A stretch of DNA of 63,739 nucleotides, filler included, from Folioceros fuciformis (Eukaryota), in assembly GCA_049999805.1 (NCBI GenBank). It is 7 parts of 6 records of this genome, joined end to end, with 100 filler letters (N's around TTAATTAATTAA, not from the genome) between each part and the next. Parts side by side here need not be neighbours in the genome. Positions count along the whole stretch, not along the records: positions 1 to 25,317 come from JBNGIO010006088.1; 6 more parts are not named here. One strand, 5' to 3'. The notes beneath the pieces are model-generated. The model was not told the origin of the DNA. It searched no databases and saw only the letters and a program-made list of their open reading frames with translations. Shown here piece after piece: positions 1 to 11,711 of this stretch. The stretch's first letter is position 1, and each line of letters opens with the position of its first letter. The translations under genes and the position numbers were made by a program.

Positions 1-130
1 CATGCCTTCGTTCAAACTTCCTTCCTCCGCGGCAGCGCATGGCCATTCATTATTAGGTAGGGCATGGCACGGCATATTTGTGGCCTGCACGCGCCAAGGC
101 ACACCATGTTTGACTGCCCTTTGCCACACC

Positions 131-175
131 CCTTCCTTCCTTCCTTCCTTCCTTCCTTCCTTCCTTCCTTCCTTC
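131..175. repeat. (TTCC)n microsatellite
   Basis: Tandem TTCC/CCTT units read directly in the sequence. Confidence 0.9.
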
Positions 176-216
176 TTTTCCTTCAGTCGTGACGCCTGGC
201 CACGCATGAGTCGTGA

Positions 217-262
217 CTCTCGACTCACGACTCACGACTCACGACTCACGACTCACGACTCG
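217..262. repeat. (CACGACT)n heptamer tandem repeat
   Basis: About five to six tandem CACGACT units. Confidence 0.85.
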
Positions 263-1212
263 CCACTCGCCACTCCTTCCTTATCCACCAGTGCCTCCTA
301 TCACCACTCCTGGCTCGTATCACGACTCGACTCCTCGACTCCTGCATGAGTCGCCGCTGTCGATGTGCTGTCCTGTCTCTTATACCTCACTCGCTCTTCA
401 TGTCTCTAAAATACTTTTATTTTCCTTCAAAAAATACTAATTAATTAAAAATAAATTCATTTCTAAGTTTAACAGAATGAAATACATTGAAGAATGAATA
501 ACAGCTTGCAGTAATGAGAGGGAACAATGCACTTTGAAATGCCAAGTCACAAATCCAAGGATAAGTGCAATGTATAACCATAGCTCAAGCCTAATTTTTA
601 CAAAAGTTATGAAGGAAGATTCTTAGAAATTTGAATCATAGTCCCACCATTTTTTGAATCAGCTTTACCTACTATGATGGGTACATACATGCAGAGATTC
701 AAAAACCCAAAAAAAAAGAAAAAAAATAAAATAAAAACTAAAATAATTAAAAATTTTATATTACATAATATACTTTTTAAAGAAATTAATTGAATTATAT
801 AATGATGTCCTCATAATCACTTAGTGGAAAATTTCTTGGGGAGGATGGGAGAATAACTTGGTGAGAATATTCATTTATGTTAGAAAAATATATATTAAAT
901 TAATCTTTTCTTTTCATTAACATCTTTTTTATTCTCTTGGAATTTTTCTTAATTACTTCATGTGTAGGACAATCTTTCATTTCATGTGAACGATTGGACA
1001 CACCGAAAACTTAGAAGTCCTTCCATCCATGCCTATATTATTTTTTTTGTGGTACAATTTATTGACAGGAAGATTGTAGTAGGTTAGTTTAGGAGATGAC
1101 AAGATCCTTGGAGATGATTCTTATAGGGCCAAGATGGTAGAATGTTAGCATCACCCACAATTGAATTCCTAGTGTCATATAGTTTTGTGAAGAATTTCAG
1201 GAGGAATGAAAA

Positions 1213-4144
1213 ATGGCCACCACGAGGCAAATGCTCGCTGTGTTGGAGACTTATCAGAAGAGCAGAGTCATTTTTGTGCAAACAATTGCAGAGCTTGCTA
1301 CAAAAGCCCAGGTTTTGATTCATAGCATCTTTTCCACAAACACATTCAAGTCAATTCAATTCAATTCAAGTCAAGTCAAATCAAGTTGTGAAACATGCAT
1401 CAACCTTGTCTAGCAAAAGCATAATTTGACCTACCCTAGAGTTGTGTGAGCATCTTTCAAGATTTCAACATGTATGAAACCCAAGATAGATGTAAATGAT
1501 GCACTTGTACATGGTTTTTTTTACTTGTGAAGAAGAATGTTTAGCAAGAACGGAAGGAAGGAGGGAGGAATAGAGTACTCGCAATGTCAAATAGTTTGCA
1601 TGTCTTTTTGATAGATAATAGTCTTATATGCATATGCTATGAACTTGTCCTGTTTTGTTATTGAATTGCACCAGGGGAAGGATGCAAGTGTCAGAGGTAG
1701 TAGGTAGGTCGGGGCATGGGAAGAGACACTTGGTATGAGTTTGTTTAGATCTTGAAATTTGAGATGGGCCAAGATGTGAACGATGGTGTCTTGGTGAGAT
1801 GGTGAACTCCGTTTACACAAGGTGGAGAGTTGGATGATGAGTCGTAGGGTGAATGACCTGTGACGACAGAGAGCTAAGTAATCGAGCAATTGAAACATGC
1901 TGGACTTTCTTGTTGCTGCAGAACGTGGAAGTGTTGCACTCAGCAGGGGTGATGCAACTGCTGAAACCACTACTCTTAGACATTGTCCCAAATATCCAGC
2001 AGACGGCTGCTTTGGGGTTGTCCAGACTTGCCAGTTACAATGAAGACCTGGCAGGAACGCTAGTGTCTGAGAATATACTGCCACATCTGGTCTTCTCTTT
2101 GAGGTGAGGATGCTCATCATCTGTCGACGGTCCACGCAGACCGGAGGGCCACGGCAGTTTGGTGGTTGCACGTGGTGGACAAAAAGGCACACAAGTACTT
2201 TTGCTGGCCCCTTCACACACATGGCTTTTCTCCTTTCAGGGAGCTCAACAGGTTCAACAAGAAAGCAGCTGCCTCGGTGTTACGGGCAACGGCTAAGCAC
2301 AATCCAGCTCTTGCCAAACATGTGGTGGATGCTGGGGCGGTGCAACCCCTTGTGCAATGTCTTGAAGAGTTTGACCCAGCTGTGAAGGAGACTGGAGCTT
2401 CTGCACTGGGCCACATTGCTAAGCATAATGCTGAGCTTGCCCAGTGCGTAGTGGATGCTGGAGCTATTGGCCTCCTTGTGCTTTGTGTTCAGGTATGACT
2501 GGAAACATGACTTGTCGGAGACCGTAGAATAGTGGAGCAGGGCACGCTGGTTCCGAACGGAAATGCATGCTCTCAATGCATGTTTCTGCTCTCAGGAACC
2601 TGAACTCCCATTAAGGCGGGTAGCAGCCTCTGCTCTAGCAGACATAGCGAAGCATACTCCAGAGCTGGCACAGGCTGTAGTGGATGCCGGTGCTGTGCCA
2701 TTCTTAGCGTCACAGGTGGTGCAGACGGACACCAAGCTCAGACGAAATGTATGTCTTCCTCTCTCTCACTCCCGACCCTGTACAAGTCATGAATGTTGTG
2801 CCTGCCCCGCATCGTCTGTGAGGAAAGCGAGATGCTGAGCCGTGCTACTGTCTCCGCAGATTTGCTTGGCCCTGGCCCAGATAGCGAAACACACCATGGA
2901 CCTGGCTGAGGTAAACATCTCCTCGCAAACCTGGTATGTCAAGGCACATCATCAGCACGGACGGCGAGGCATAAACTTGTGCACGTTGCCTGCCAGGTTG
3001 TCGTTGCAGCAGACATCTTCCCGAAGATTTTCCTCTGCCTCAAGGACATCGATCCTATGGTCAGGAGAAACTCGGCAACTGTTGTGCGTGAGGTTGCCAA
3101 GCATACACCAGAATTGGCTCAGCTGATAGTGGCCGCAGGCGGTGTTGCAGCCCTCATCGACAACGTGTCCGAGACCACCGGAAACGAACGCCTGCCTGGT
3201 GCGCCACTCCAACTGCCCTTTTTTACCACCCAGTCTGTAGCAGTTTGCACTCCTTTTCGTTGAGCAAAAGAGTCCTGAATCCGTGCCTGCTACTATCTGG
3301 CGCCTGTAGGAATCATGGCTTTGGGATACATAGCAGCCTTCGATGAAGCATTGGCCTTGAGTATCATCGCTTCCAATGGCCTTCCTCCATTGTTGCATGC
3401 CATCATCAATGAGTCGGAGGATCATATCAAGAGTGCCACTGCCTGGACGATAGGCCAGATTGGAAGGCACACACCAAACCATGCCAAGGCCATTGCTGAA
3501 GCTGGCATACTTCCACAGTTGGTGCTGGCCTTCATATCCAAAACCAGTAGCGAAGACCTGCAGAACAAGTGCAAGAAGGCCATCAAAGCCATTTGTGACC
3601 GTCTAACCTACTTCCCCGCCTTGGACTCCTTCATCCATGTAAGAATATCCCTCTCGCTTTGCTTGCACCACCATACCACTGGACATCAACCACTTGCATC
3701 CCGTGCTGAAGTGATGTATGGCCCGGCCATTCACCACCTTTCAACCCTGCCTACCTATGTACTGCATTTCCATGTGCCCAATGACTCTCTATTGACCGCA
3801 TCCTCGCAAACAACCAGGGACCAGCGCTGCCCGAAGGTATTCTCAAATACGTTCTTGGGCAAATTGCGAAGATCATACCCAACGATGCCGATGCCAAGAC
3901 CAAGTTTGTCACGTCCGGAGCATTTGAGAAGATACAAATTTTGGTGGAGAGCCTTGAGCCTGGCAGCGAGTTGCGAGAATTCGTGGATAACATCAACAAT
4001 TGTTATCCCATAGAGATCGTCCATTACTATTCTCCTGGTTACTCTGAAACATTAATCCAAAAGCTATCAGGTGGTAAATCAAGCAACACTCCTCCAAAGG
4101 GAGCTGCTCCAGCTGCTGGAGGAAAGCCTGTTGCTGCCCATTGA
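1213..4144 (+). CDS. PF16: Axonemal central-pair armadillo-repeat protein PF16/SPAG6 (multi-exon)
   Basis: Exon 1 (1213-1311, MATTRQMLAVLETYQKSRVIFVQTIAELATKAQ) splices to an exon at 1922 (NVEVLHSAGVMQLLKPLLLDIVPNIQQTAALGLSRLASYNEDLA). ARM repeats follow (IAKHTPELAQ.VVDAG) and the C-terminus reads INNCYPIEIVHYYSPGYSETL, all matching SPAG6/PF16. GT-AG introns; stop at 4142-4144. Confidence 0.95.
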
Positions 4145-5935
4145 AAGACATCCATGCAATATGAATGCAACTTTGATTGTTCTTATACTAAGAATGGTGT
4201 TGAATGTGTTGTAAAATGAAAGGTACAAACCTTGCGTGTTTATGGTCTACAATGTCATGATTGTTAGCATTTTCCCCTAATACAACACAAGATCCTCATT
4301 TGTTGAGGAAGCTTAGACCACAACTTGCTTGAGACATTTTGACGTTACATTGGTGGACAAGCTCCATATGATTAACACACTTTGAACCATGAAAGAATTT
4401 TCAGTGCACAATCAAACTTGCATTCCATTGGATTAGCCTCTTTGGATCAGGATGCATTAATTAATTATGTGAAAGACTCATAATCTAGTCCAACAAAGAC
4501 ATACAAAGTAAATCAAATCTAGTGTGGAGTTGAGCTTAAAAATTGGAAGACTTGAAGATTAAGCAGCTCCTAGGTAAGAAGTTCATCAATGCATAAACTA
4601 TCGGAGATCTTTCAATCATATTGATTCATAGGTATTCCTTCCAAGCAAAGGATGACAAGGGATGTGGTTTGTGAACTCCTCCCATATTTGTACGTAAGAC
4701 ATCAAGAGCATGTTCTAAATCCGTGGCTTTGGGATTGGTGTGCACATTGGCTGTGGAGAATTCGCATCGTGCCTAATGCACGTGTACCTTTTGGTGGGCC
4801 AAAGATATGTATGTTTGGGGAAACATCACTGGTTGGCGATGGACCTGATAGCGTTGCATGGGGCATTTATTGAGTGACGTCAAATGGCGGTCGTTACTTC
4901 GGTTACAGGAAAGGCCAGTGTCCGCAGAACACGCTCTGCGCTGCATTTGAAGCAACTGTTTGTGTGTATTTGTTGTGAGTGGTGACAGACGAGGTTGGGC
5001 CCAGTTCTTTCTTTGGACGCCTTTTTGCTTTAGCTTTTGCTTTTGCTTGACAAGTTGCATGCAATGACCAACGGAATCCCCTCGCCACACACAAGTCCAG
5101 GATTCCATGACCGCGGGTTTTCCACATCATTCGATGGGGTTGTTGGAGTCACTGTTACAAGGGACTGTCTTCATGGCAGAGAGAGTCTTGGAAGTTCGAG
5201 TGAGAGAGAGAGGTCGGCGACTGTACGCTTGTACAGCGTCCCTGCCCCACCCTGCTGCATCATCCAGACCTAGGATTTCAAACTCTGGGTGAGGAATAAT
5301 GGTTGGAGCAAAGGAGTTGACACGAAGTCCGTGGCCGATTCACTGGTCAAGGCTATGTTTGCGGAAGGATTCCCTCTTCCGGTATCTTCTGATTGCTTGG
5401 AGCCGCGGAAGAGTTGGGGCCTGCACATGGGGCACTGTCGAATGCAGAGCTGCAATCTAGGTCTGTTGTGGTGGAACCGCCCTGCCCATTCCTTTCACTT
5501 CATGGCACGCATTTCTGCCCAAAAAGCATCTTACGAATATTGAATCCCGGAATGACAACCTTTTAGGACAAGGGAGTTGCGGCAGCAGGTACCTGCAGCC
5601 CTCGCCACATCATTTGTTCAGCATTCCATCTGTGGAGGGGAATAAACATGGGCAGGCAATGTTTACAACGATGCCAGAGAAAGATGGTTCGAAGTACACG
5701 GTCTCACGAATTGGGTGGACGGTGGAAGATCTACATCTGCTTTCTAAAGTGATCGAGATCTGGTCATGTCCTCCTGCATCATACCCACTTGGCATCTCAG
5801 ATTGTGCTGGAGGAAGATTCTGATGTACGACAATGAGCCTGGTAGGTGCATGGTGCTGTGTCATACCTGAAGTGGAAGCAGCTTGATACGGTGAAGAGAA
5901 TCCTGAACAGGTTCAACAGCGAGGAACTGCCCCTT

Positions 5936-8900
5936 TCAGCACCGTGATTGATTCTGATTCATCCACGGTGTGATAGATACCCCACGTTCAAACATGGAGT
6001 GGCTAAGCAAGCCAGCGATGCTGTCCTCAGCAATTGAATTCGTGAAGTGGTGAAGGAATCCACGACCGCTACGTCTCGACCCTAACCCTGTTTCAGCTAA
6101 AGCCGTCTTTTGACGACGATGCTCCAGCTTGGTGATGCGCGCCAAGGTCATGCTGTAGTCATGTAAGCTGGATCCTGTTACTGCTGCATGTATGCGTGCA
6201 GGAACGAGGTTGAGCACGGTGCCCTTCAGCATCCCCCATCTAGCCTTCTTTCGGAGATTGTGATCAGGATCGCACGGGTTTGCATCTGTTCTGAGCCAGT
6301 CAAATGTACCAGGAACTAACTGCAGATCTCGCTGAAGCCCCTGCAATGTATCTGTTGAGTTGACTGCCAGCTTCCTTTTAGTTCCTAACTGCAGCAGATC
6401 TGAACAATGTCCTAGGCACAGCTGCACAGCGAGATCTGCGAGATATGCACCTTTGTCTTCCAAGCTGTTCAGATGGAAGCCCCATAATCTCCCCGCACCC
6501 TCCCATACCGAGTAGCTAGAAATTATGTCAAAGATCGCCATGACATCAGTCAATCTAGCGGTTGTCCTTGATAAGGACAGAGCAGGTTGTGAGACGAAAT
6601 CGACAGGCTTCCCTAATGCCACCGAGCTCTCATCCATATCCTCCCCAGAGGTTGCGCAAGTTGCCCTTAGGGTGTTTAAGACTGCCTCGTCAAATTCCAT
6701 CTGCTGGGAAGAGAGAGCTATTGAAACAAGAGGGTACACATCTTCACACGGCGGAAATGCAGCAGAATCAAAACCTTTTTCCTCAGCTGCCATATGTGTG
6801 TCGAAAACCGGAGACTGTATCAAATTCTTGTTCGCTTCAACATCTGGAGCGTCCAGGTCATCATGTGTGATTAAGTTTGCACCACCATGGGTGCATTCCA
6901 TGGCTGCCAACCTAGGGCTCTGATGCCTACTGTCCCTGCAATTCTCAAGTCTGCAGTGTTCTCTAGTGGATGGTTTTTCATCCACAATCACAGTTGCAAC
7001 TTGAGCTGCATGTGTAGATGCTGACAACCGATATTCAGAGCAGGGTACATCAGGGTTAGCATTCCTTGTGGTCGAGGCACTCTGCACACTCAGGATCACA
7101 GGCTGTGGATACAGTCCTGTTGCTTGAGAAAAATCTCTTGAGACCTCTTCGCAGTCCAGAGAAGTTAAGTCTCGGAAAGCATTCTCCACAATTAAATCCT
7201 TACAGGAGACCTGGGACAAACTCTGCATTTCCATGCCACCTGTCCGTGTTTCCACAGACTCACCATTGATGCCCAGGCCTAGACAATCATTTCCGGAGCT
7301 GGCCCTGTCGGTGCTCATGCAGTTCACAATATCTGATACTTGCTCTCCTAAGGCACTGTGAACACTCAGGATCACTGGCTGCGGATGCAGTCCAGCGGCT
7401 TGAGGCTCATTTCTTGAGGCCTCTTCATTTTCCCAAGACGTCAAGTCCGTGACAGCATCCCCTACAAAAAAACGATTACCGGAGTTCTGGAACAAGTTCT
7501 GCATTTCCAAGCCACCAGTCAGTGTTTCCACAGGCTCAACATTGATGCCCGAACCCAGACGATTATCTCCAGAGTTGGCCCTGTGTGTGTCTGCACGGTT
7601 CACAACACCTGATACTCGATCTCCTGAAACTATACAGATTTCTGCATCTGCCACAACAGTAGGGGCAGGGAACCCCACCTGCTGGCATCCAGTCTCCTCT
7701 TTCTCAATTTTCTCACACAATCGTCGTTTTCGACGAGCTGGAGGTGCTCCGTTCACAGTGTCTGAATTTTGTAACTCTGGAGGTATTTTCAGGCGAAGGA
7801 TCAGTCTCCTGCGTGTGGGTGCAGGAGGCGTAGGCTGAAAGTCGTCATACTCACAGTCCGTTGAACGGACATGGGCAGCTTTCATACTCCTCCCCATGGC
7901 ATTTACACATACCTGGTCAATCCCAAGGGATTGGGCTGGAGCCTTGCCCCAGCATACAGTTTTTCCAGATTGCCCAATATGGAGGGGCATGAGCTGGCTT
8001 TCACAGCTCTCTTCACCAACACACCCTGCCTCCTGCTTGTTCAGACATTTGGCTATTTCAGCTGCACCAGAGGTGTTGCTAGCTCCTTGGCAGCCTTGCC
8101 CAGAACGTGCTAATGCTCGGAGAAGCCTGACACTCTTTGCAGGGCTGACACAAACTGCAACTCGAGGAGCTGAAGCACCAGCTGGTTCACCTACTGATTC
8201 CTCTTTGTCCTGAAAACTAGTAACTTCTTGTACTTGCGCAGAGCTCAGAGTCCCAGCAAAGGCGGCACATAAATGAAGCTGCCTGACTGCCTCTGAAATC
8301 TTTCCAGCAACATGCTGCGACAGGCTGCATGGAAAACTCAGAGGTAGCAAAAGAGGCCGCAGTTGTTGTTGTAAATCACATCCTAAAGCCCTCGTTTTCA
8401 GGGGCCAATTCGTACCTTGTTCTGGAGTCCTAAGGTTCTCAGAATTCCGACAACCTTCCAGTAAATAAGCATCGTTGCCACTGCAATGGCCTGCTAGGCC
8501 ATTCTTATCTCTTGAGAATATTCCTGATCTACAGGATAACCCAGATGGACTGTTCCGCCCTTGACTCCAAAACTGGAGCAGCATCAGGACTTGTCTCATG
8601 TCGTGCTGACATTCTTTTATGACGCACTCCATAAGCTGAGGGCAACAAGCAACACCTTCAGCGTGAGCAGCCATACAGGCCTGCACCACCAGAGTCCGTG
8701 TGCATGGTTGTTTGAATTCTCTCCTTAGCTTCCTTAGCTCTGGGGGAACAGAAGGACACCGCTTGTTGCTTGTCAAAATTATTGGGCGCTTGGTTCTTGC
8801 TACCATCTTCACCAGAGCACCAAAGAAGCCCCAATCTTGCTCAAAAATGATGTCGACGTCTTCAAAAAGAAAAACAGTCAACTTCCTGCTCCTACCTCCT

Positions 8901-10873
8901 ACCCTATTAGTGTCATCTGCCGGATAAATAGAAGAACTGTCCGAAGCAGAAGGTGCTCGAAATTGTGGTTCAGGTGCGTCACACACTCCAGCAGGAGGGC
9001 CGGCTGCACTTTGCAGGCCCGAGTACCTTTGAAGTCCCTGTAATTCTGATGCTACTCCGAATTTTTGCCTGATTAGGGACCCATTGCGCAAGTCTGCTGT
9101 GTTTGATTCAATTACTGAAAAACCTTGCTTCAGAGCACACGCATAAACAGCAGCAGTTTTACCAGAACCCACAGGTCCAGTTAGAAGGAGCGTGTTTTCC
9201 AGTCCATCATCCTCCACCAACGAACTGTCTGCATCACTGTCACTGTCATCCTGAAACCAACCCTTGTCATCATCATCGTCATCACCATCCTCATGCAAAC
9301 GTACTTTCCCTTTTCCAGATGACCTCTTGCCACTCAAAATCTTCTTCTGCCAAGTCTCCAGCCAGGTATCCAGAAACCCAACCTCCTTGCTATTGCCGCA
9401 AACACCTTCCGGGCATTTTGGCTGGTAGATGTCTGTCCACAACGAGTTGGTCCCAGAGTTGCCAACATCAGTTCTGTCCCCATTCTCCACACTGTCCCGT
9501 GATACCCTGCAAGCCCTCAGGAGAGACGCTCTAGTTCTCACACTCTCACGAGAGAAGCTGCTACCAGACCCATCCTCCCTTAACCACACCCCGTTGTCTG
9601 TACTCTGCATGTACTTCAAAAGTTGATCCTCCAGCTGCTCTGCAGAACAGCCTTGACAATCACCATACTCAACTTTCTCATCCGGAACAAAGAAAGAGTT
9701 ACTGAATTCACCAAGCACTTGATCCATAGCAGGCAGGGGAGACCTCTCAGTTCTACACAGAACAAACCCAGCGGGCATCTCACAGAGGTCAGAGCTTTCA
9801 AACTTTTCACAGCAGGTCTCAACAAAGCTAATCCCCCCCCAATTAAGCTGGACTGCTTCGGCATGCTCACTCTGCGTTACATGCAAAGGCGGGCTAGGAT
9901 CAATCTCCAGCTTGGAAAACGGCGGGCAAGGATCACTTTCAAGCTTTCCAAGCTTTCCCGAAACTGGAATTTGACGTTGAAAAAAGGGATGGAGTCTTCT
10001 CCCAGCATTAAGCCGGGCATTCTCCTCGGCTGCCAGCCTGCTCTCAGTCCTCAAACATACGGGCAAATGACGAGGGGCTTCCTTCCCATAATCATCTGCG
10101 ATCTCTACCTTCGCCACCTGGGCCCGTTTTGGCAAACCCCCATTCACCCCACCAATTTTCCGTCCCTTGACAACCACTGTCTCCTTCCTGATCCTCTTGA
10201 CCTTCCTTTTGGTGGTTGGGACAAAATCCAGATCCGAGACAACCTTCTCCTCCTCTGTCTCCTCATCCACAGTCAGAACTTCTTTCTTCTCCAGCTTCTG
10301 CCTGGCAGATGTAGACGCAAACAAACGTGCTCCCTGCTTCTGTTTTGGCAAACCCCCTTCCGCCCCATCCACCTTCCCTCCCTTTGCAACCGCAGTCTTG
10401 TGTTTGCTTTCCTTGCCCTTCCTTTTCGTACTTGGCACAAAAGCTGGATCCAAGACAATCTTCTCCTCTTCTACGTGTGCATCTGTAGCCACAACTTCCT
10501 TCTTCTGCAGCTTCTGCCGGGCAGACACAGGCAGGAAGAAACTCGCTCCCTGGGCCTGTTTTGGCAAACCCCCATCCGCAGTCTTCTCTCTGCTACTTCC
10601 CTTGCCCTTCCTTTTCGTAGTTGGAACGAAAGCTAGATCCGACACAATCTTTTCCTCCTCTGCCTGTGGACCTACAGCCACAAATTCCCTCTTCTGCAGC
10701 TTCTGCCTAGCAGATGCAGGCAAAAAGAAACTCGCTGCATCCGCTGGCTTAGCCGCCTCACCCACATCTTTTCTTGGCCTGCCTCGTTTTTTCTTCACCT
10801 CGGCAGGCTCCTCTTTCCCACTGCCGCTCCCTGCAGCCGGTACAGGCCACTTGAAGACCTTCGGAGCTGCCAT
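5936..10873 (-). CDS. ELG1: ELG1/ATAD5-like alternative RFC large subunit (AAA+ PCNA unloader), single coding exon
   Basis: Continuous ORF with LWTDIYQP, Walker A TGPVGSGKT, FSVIESNTAD, Walker B-like FLFEDVD, TKRPIILTSN and a basic N-terminus. First ATG (MAAPK) at 10873. Confidence 0.85.
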   Translation of the reverse strand: MAAPKVFKWPVPAAGSGSGKEEPAEVKKKRGRPRKDVGEAAKPADAASFFLPASARQKLQKREFVAVGPQAEEEKIVSDLAFVPTTKRKGKGSSREKTADGGLPKQAQGASFFLPVSARQKLQKKEVVATDAHVEEEKIVLDPAFVPSTKRKGKESKHKTAVAKGGKVDGAEGGLPKQKQGARLFASTSARQKLEKKEVLTVDEETEEEKVVSDLDFVPTTKRKVKRIRKETVVVKGRKIGGVNGGLPKRAQVAKVEIADDYGKEAPRHLPVCLRTESRLAAEENARLNAGRRLHPFFQRQIPVSGKLGKLESDPCPPFSKLEIDPSPPLHVTQSEHAEAVQLNWGGISFVETCCEKFESSDLCEMPAGFVLCRTERSPLPAMDQVLGEFSNSFFVPDEKVEYGDCQGCSAEQLEDQLLKYMQSTDNGVWLREDGSGSSFSRESVRTRASLLRACRVSRDSVENGDRTDVGNSGTNSLWTDIYQPKCPEGVCGNSKEVGFLDTWLETWQKKILSGKRSSGKGKVRLHEDGDDDDDDKGWFQDDSDSDADSSLVEDDGLENTLLLTGPVGSGKTAAVYACALKQGFSVIESNTADLRNGSLIRQKFGVASELQGLQRYSGLQSAAGPPAGVCDAPEPQFRAPSASDSSSIYPADDTNRVGGRSRKLTVFLFEDVDIIFEQDWGFFGALVKMVARTKRPIILTSNKRCPSVPPELRKLRREFKQPCTRTLVVQACMAAHAEGVACCPQLMECVIKECQHDMRQVLMLLQFWSQGRNSPSGLSCRSGIFSRDKNGLAGHCSGNDAYLLEGCRNSENLRTPEQGTNWPLKTRALGCDLQQQLRPLLLPLSFPCSLSQHVAGKISEAVRQLHLCAAFAGTLSSAQVQEVTSFQDKEESVGEPAGASAPRVAVCVSPAKSVRLLRALARSGQGCQGASNTSGAAEIAKCLNKQEAGCVGEESCESQLMPLHIGQSGKTVCWGKAPAQSLGIDQVCVNAMGRSMKAAHVRSTDCEYDDFQPTPPAPTRRRLILRLKIPPELQNSDTVNGAPPARRKRRLCEKIEKEETGCQQVGFPAPTVVADAEICIVSGDRVSGVVNRADTHRANSGDNRLGSGINVEPVETLTGGLEMQNLFQNSGNRFFVGDAVTDLTSWENEEASRNEPQAAGLHPQPVILSVHSALGEQVSDIVNCMSTDRASSGNDCLGLGINGESVETRTGGMEMQSLSQVSCKDLIVENAFRDLTSLDCEEVSRDFSQATGLYPQPVILSVQSASTTRNANPDVPCSEYRLSASTHAAQVATVIVDEKPSTREHCRLENCRDSRHQSPRLAAMECTHGGANLITHDDLDAPDVEANKNLIQSPVFDTHMAAEEKGFDSAAFPPCEDVYPLVSIALSSQQMEFDEAVLNTLRATCATSGEDMDESSVALGKPVDFVSQPALSLSRTTARLTDVMAIFDIISSYSVWEGAGRLWGFHLNSLEDKGAYLADLAVQLCLGHCSDLLQLGTKRKLAVNSTDTLQGLQRDLQLVPGTFDWLRTDANPCDPDHNLRKKARWGMLKGTVLNLVPARIHAAVTGSSLHDYSMTLARITKLEHRRQKTALAETGLGSRRSGRGFLHHFTNSIAEDSIAGLLSHSMFERGVSITPWMNQNQSRC

Positions 10874-11711
10874 CCCTGCACAGCAGATCCGAGGAGAGGG
10901 GACAGGGACACACAAACTCCCTCCCCCTCCACAACCACTAAGGTCACTCCTGCCTGGTGCATAGGCTTCAATTGACGCCCAATTCGGTACCTCGAGTCAA
11001 CGCTCCTCCCCACTCCAGTACGATTTTGCCTGTGCCCAATTCACACAATCGCTTCGTCCCGTATTCACCCCCAAGAAATTCATGTTCCACCGAACTTCCC
11101 CTCCTTCGATCCTCCTGGGATGGTGACACACGACAATTGCTCACTCAAAAAGCTCCCTCCTTGACCACCAACTCCTCCTGAAAAATGCACTATCACTAAG
11201 TTCTACGTCAGACCGGTCTGCACCTGAACCCACAAGGCCCGGAGTCCCAGAAATTCTGGACAAGCCACTTCTGTGAGGTTGATAGAAACTGGAATCCCCA
11301 AGGCCATGAGCAACCGCAGCTTGTCGCCATGAGACGGGGAATTTGAAAACCATGTTGCAGCTACCCTCGGTTGGGAATGATCGAATCACGCGGGAACGTC
11401 CAGTTCGAGGATTGAACTCAACACATTTGAATCCCGATTAAGAAAGCCCGTCTACTGACCAAGTAGAGAGACACACGTATGAAGATAAAGAATAGGTTCT
11501 TCTACTGTATCCTTACCTGCACCTGTTTTACCCCTGGGCTGCTGCTGGACGTGAAAGGCTGTGACTGCGTTCTGCCGACGAGCCGACAGTGTCAATCCAC
11601 GCAGACGGAGGAAATTCTCGTGATGTGCCGCGAATTCTGATCAGCTGAAGGGAGCCGTAGGTTTCGGATTCTGCGGGAGGAGGGTACGCAGCTAGGAACT
11701 CGCAGTGAAAC

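Noticed and set aside
4870-5900. Possible small gene or pseudogene between PF16 and ELG1
   Set aside because: Only short ORFs with no recognisable motif or consistent splice pattern.
9623-10964. Long + strand ORFs opposite ELG1 (also those antisense to RRA and the kinase)
   Set aside because: Shadow frames of real genes with no recognisable motifs.
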